64,000 bases of DNA from Candidatus Latescibacterota bacterium. Lineage in GTDB: Bacteria; Latescibacterota; UBA2968. The DNA is taken from assembly GCA_965198115.1 (NCBI GenBank), contig OZ240241.1, positions 7,296,001 to 7,360,000 of the forward strand. The letters are read 5' to 3'. Below, one piece after another: positions 62,387-64,000 of the stretch. The translations under genes and the position numbers were made by a program. How positions within the stretch are numbered: position 1 is the stretch's first letter; every line of letters begins with the position of its first letter. Below the pieces are notes generated by a model, which saw only the letters and a list, made by a program, of their open reading frames with translations, was not told the origin of the DNA and did not search any database.

Positions 62387-63400
62387 TCACTTAGCTCCTA
62401 CTGCCTGCAGCATTGCGTGGATGTAGCCGAAGGTGTAGGCGATCGCGACTTTGCCCGGCTCGGGGCCGGAGATCCCGGGAACGTGGTCGGGCATGATCAT
62501 GTAGGGATAATCCACGTCCTTCAGCGTTTGGAGAGCCTTCAGCATGTCGACGTCGCCCTCGTCGGGGAAGACCTCGACGAATTTGCGGAGCCCGCCTTTG
62601 ATGTTCCGGTAGTGGATGTTGAAGATCTTCTTCCGTTCGCCGAAGTAGCGGATGACGTCGTAGACATCCTCGCCAGGGTTCTCGAGCTGTTCGGACATGC
62701 ACCCGACGCAGAAGTTGATGCCGTTGTAAGGGCTGTCGTAGAGGTCGACCAATTTCTTGAAGCCTTCGCTCATGCCCATGACTCGATCGACGCCTCGATA
62801 GATCTCGCCGACACCGATGCCGGGATCGGCAGGGTGGCACGCGAGCTGAACCTTGTACTCCTCCGCGACGGGAACAACGCGCTGCAACCAGTAGTTGATG
62901 CGCTCCCACATTTCGTCTGCATCCGCGGGCCCATCCTGAAACTCGCTGAAGCGAGTCTCTTCGGGTTCACGCTCTGAGCCCTTGTCGAGCAACTCTGCGT
63001 AATCGAAGGTCGAGAGGCTGGCGCCGCCCCGACCAGTCGTACGGGCGGTTCGAAGATGGCCGAGGATCGTGATGTTGTAATTGAGGCCGCGTATACCGGC
63101 CTGACCGGCCGTGCGAATGACGTCACACGCGAGATCGAGTTGACGCTCGCGTTCGTCGCTGGGTTTTAGAAAAATGGCACCCGTCTCTTCGTTCCGAAGC
63201 GCATTCCCGGAACCGATCAAATGCATCATCTCCAGCCTGACGTCGAACTTGGCACAGCGCTCGATGTAGCTGGTCAGCAGGTCGACCGTCCACTCCTTTA
63301 GTGGTTCGGTTGGTGTGGTGTCGATGTTGTTGACACCCAGTTGGGATAGCTGGACGAGATTTTCTTCTTCGGGTCGAATGCCCTGGGTGCCGATGTACAT
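62387..63400 (-). CDS. uxuA: UxuA-like dehydratase, paralog 4
   Basis: Same motifs (HPADP, IHYRN). Confidence 0.85.
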   Translation of the reverse strand: MYIGTQGIRPEEENLVQLSQLGVNNIDTTPTEPLKEWTVDLLTSYIERCAKFDVRLEMMHLIGSGNALRNEETGAIFLKPSDERERQLDLACDVIRTAGQAGIRGLNYNITILGHLRTARTTGRGGASLSTFDYAELLDKGSEREPEETRFSEFQDGPADADEMWERINYWLQRVVPVAEEYKVQLACHPADPGIGVGEIYRGVDRVMGMSEGFKKLVDLYDSPYNGINFCVGCMSEQLENPGEDVYDVIRYFGERKKIFNIHYRNIKGGLRKFVEVFPDEGDVDMLKALQTLKDVDYPYMIMPDHVPGISGPEPGKVAIAYTFGYIHAMLQAVGAK

Positions 63401-63445
63401 AGCTACTCCTTGGGAGAGGTCAGAGGTCTGAAATCTCGAAAAGCG

Positions 63446-64000
63446 TCAGGCGCCCTCGACGGCCTTTTTGAGTTCTTCGCCGCTGGTGTTCCAGTAGGAA
63501 TACAGAACGGAGATATCGACGCCCATGTTGAAGTGGCGGACGCCCATATCGAGGTACTCCTTGGCGTCGTCCGGCGACGTGATTTCAGCGCGCGGCTGGA
63601 CTCCCATGGACAGTGCGGTCTTGAAGACCTCGGCTTTTGCATCGCCGATGGAAGGATCGTCTCGCTTGCCCGCCAGTCCGACGCTCATCGAATAGTCTGA
63701 TGGACCCCACTGGACCATGTCCACGCCCTTCACGGAGAGTATGGCCTCTAGGTTTTCGACCGCTTCGCCCTTCTCGATCATCAGGTTGACGACCGTGTTC
63801 CGCATGGCATCGACGTAGGCGGGCCCACCCCCATACCCCATGTAACAATTGCGCCGCATGTAGGAGCTGTAGCGACCGTTGTCCTCAGGTGTGTCGGGAG
63901 TGGTGATTCGTACGCACGTTTCGGCGTCTTCAGCGGTGCGGCAATCCGTAAAGAGGATGGCACCAAACCCGGAGCCGATGGCGCGCTGTGAGAGGTAATG
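63446..64000 (-). CDS. HpcH/HpaI aldolase family, 5' end outside window
   Basis: QRAIGSGF, LMIEK..AVENLEAILSV.GVDMVQWGPSDYSMS. Confidence 0.85.
   Translation of the reverse strand, partial: HYLSQRAIGSGFGAILFTDCRTAEDAETCVRITTPDTPEDNGRYSSYMRRNCYMGYGGGPAYVDAMRNTVVNLMIEKGEAVENLEAILSVKGVDMVQWGPSDYSMSVGLAGKRDDPSIGDAKAEVFKTALSMGVQPRAEITSPDDAKEYLDMGVRHFNMGVDISVLYSYWNTSGEELKKAVEGA

Noticed and set aside
52740-63400. Diversity-generating retroelement or shufflon acting on the paralog arrays
   Set aside because: No reverse transcriptase or adjacent invertase; differences are spread out and not evidently adenine-specific.

Overview
Bacterial window of moderately high GC with two contrasting halves. About 1-39.65 kb is a decayed mobile/accessory region. 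It holds IS21, IS1182, ISL3, IS3, IS30, IS91 and IS1380 pieces, at least four IS256-family types, tyrosine-recombinase modules, remnants of a type I R-M system and TA loci, phage-like genes (UvsW-like helicase, HTH paralogs, DUF5131) and an iteron-like repeat array. Removing the insertions by their target-site duplications reconstructs a minus-strand, AT-richer gene run: glycosyltransferase, SAM methyltransferase, a divergent seryl-tRNA synthetase and a radical SAM gene. About 39.8-64 kb is a catabolic region with strong paralog expansion: five enolase-superfamily enzymes (three in tandem), four tandem UxuA-like dehydratases, an HpcH aldolase, a lactonase, GH4, two Gfo/Idh/MocA oxidoreductases and a DUF6785-type membrane protein, interspersed with REP-like palindromes. 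The gene content resembles Latescibacterota/Poribacteria-like marine bacteria (inference only). Many single-base frameshifts may be sequencing errors. All family calls come from motif recognition by eye; no database searches were run. No rRNA, tRNA or CRISPR array was seen.
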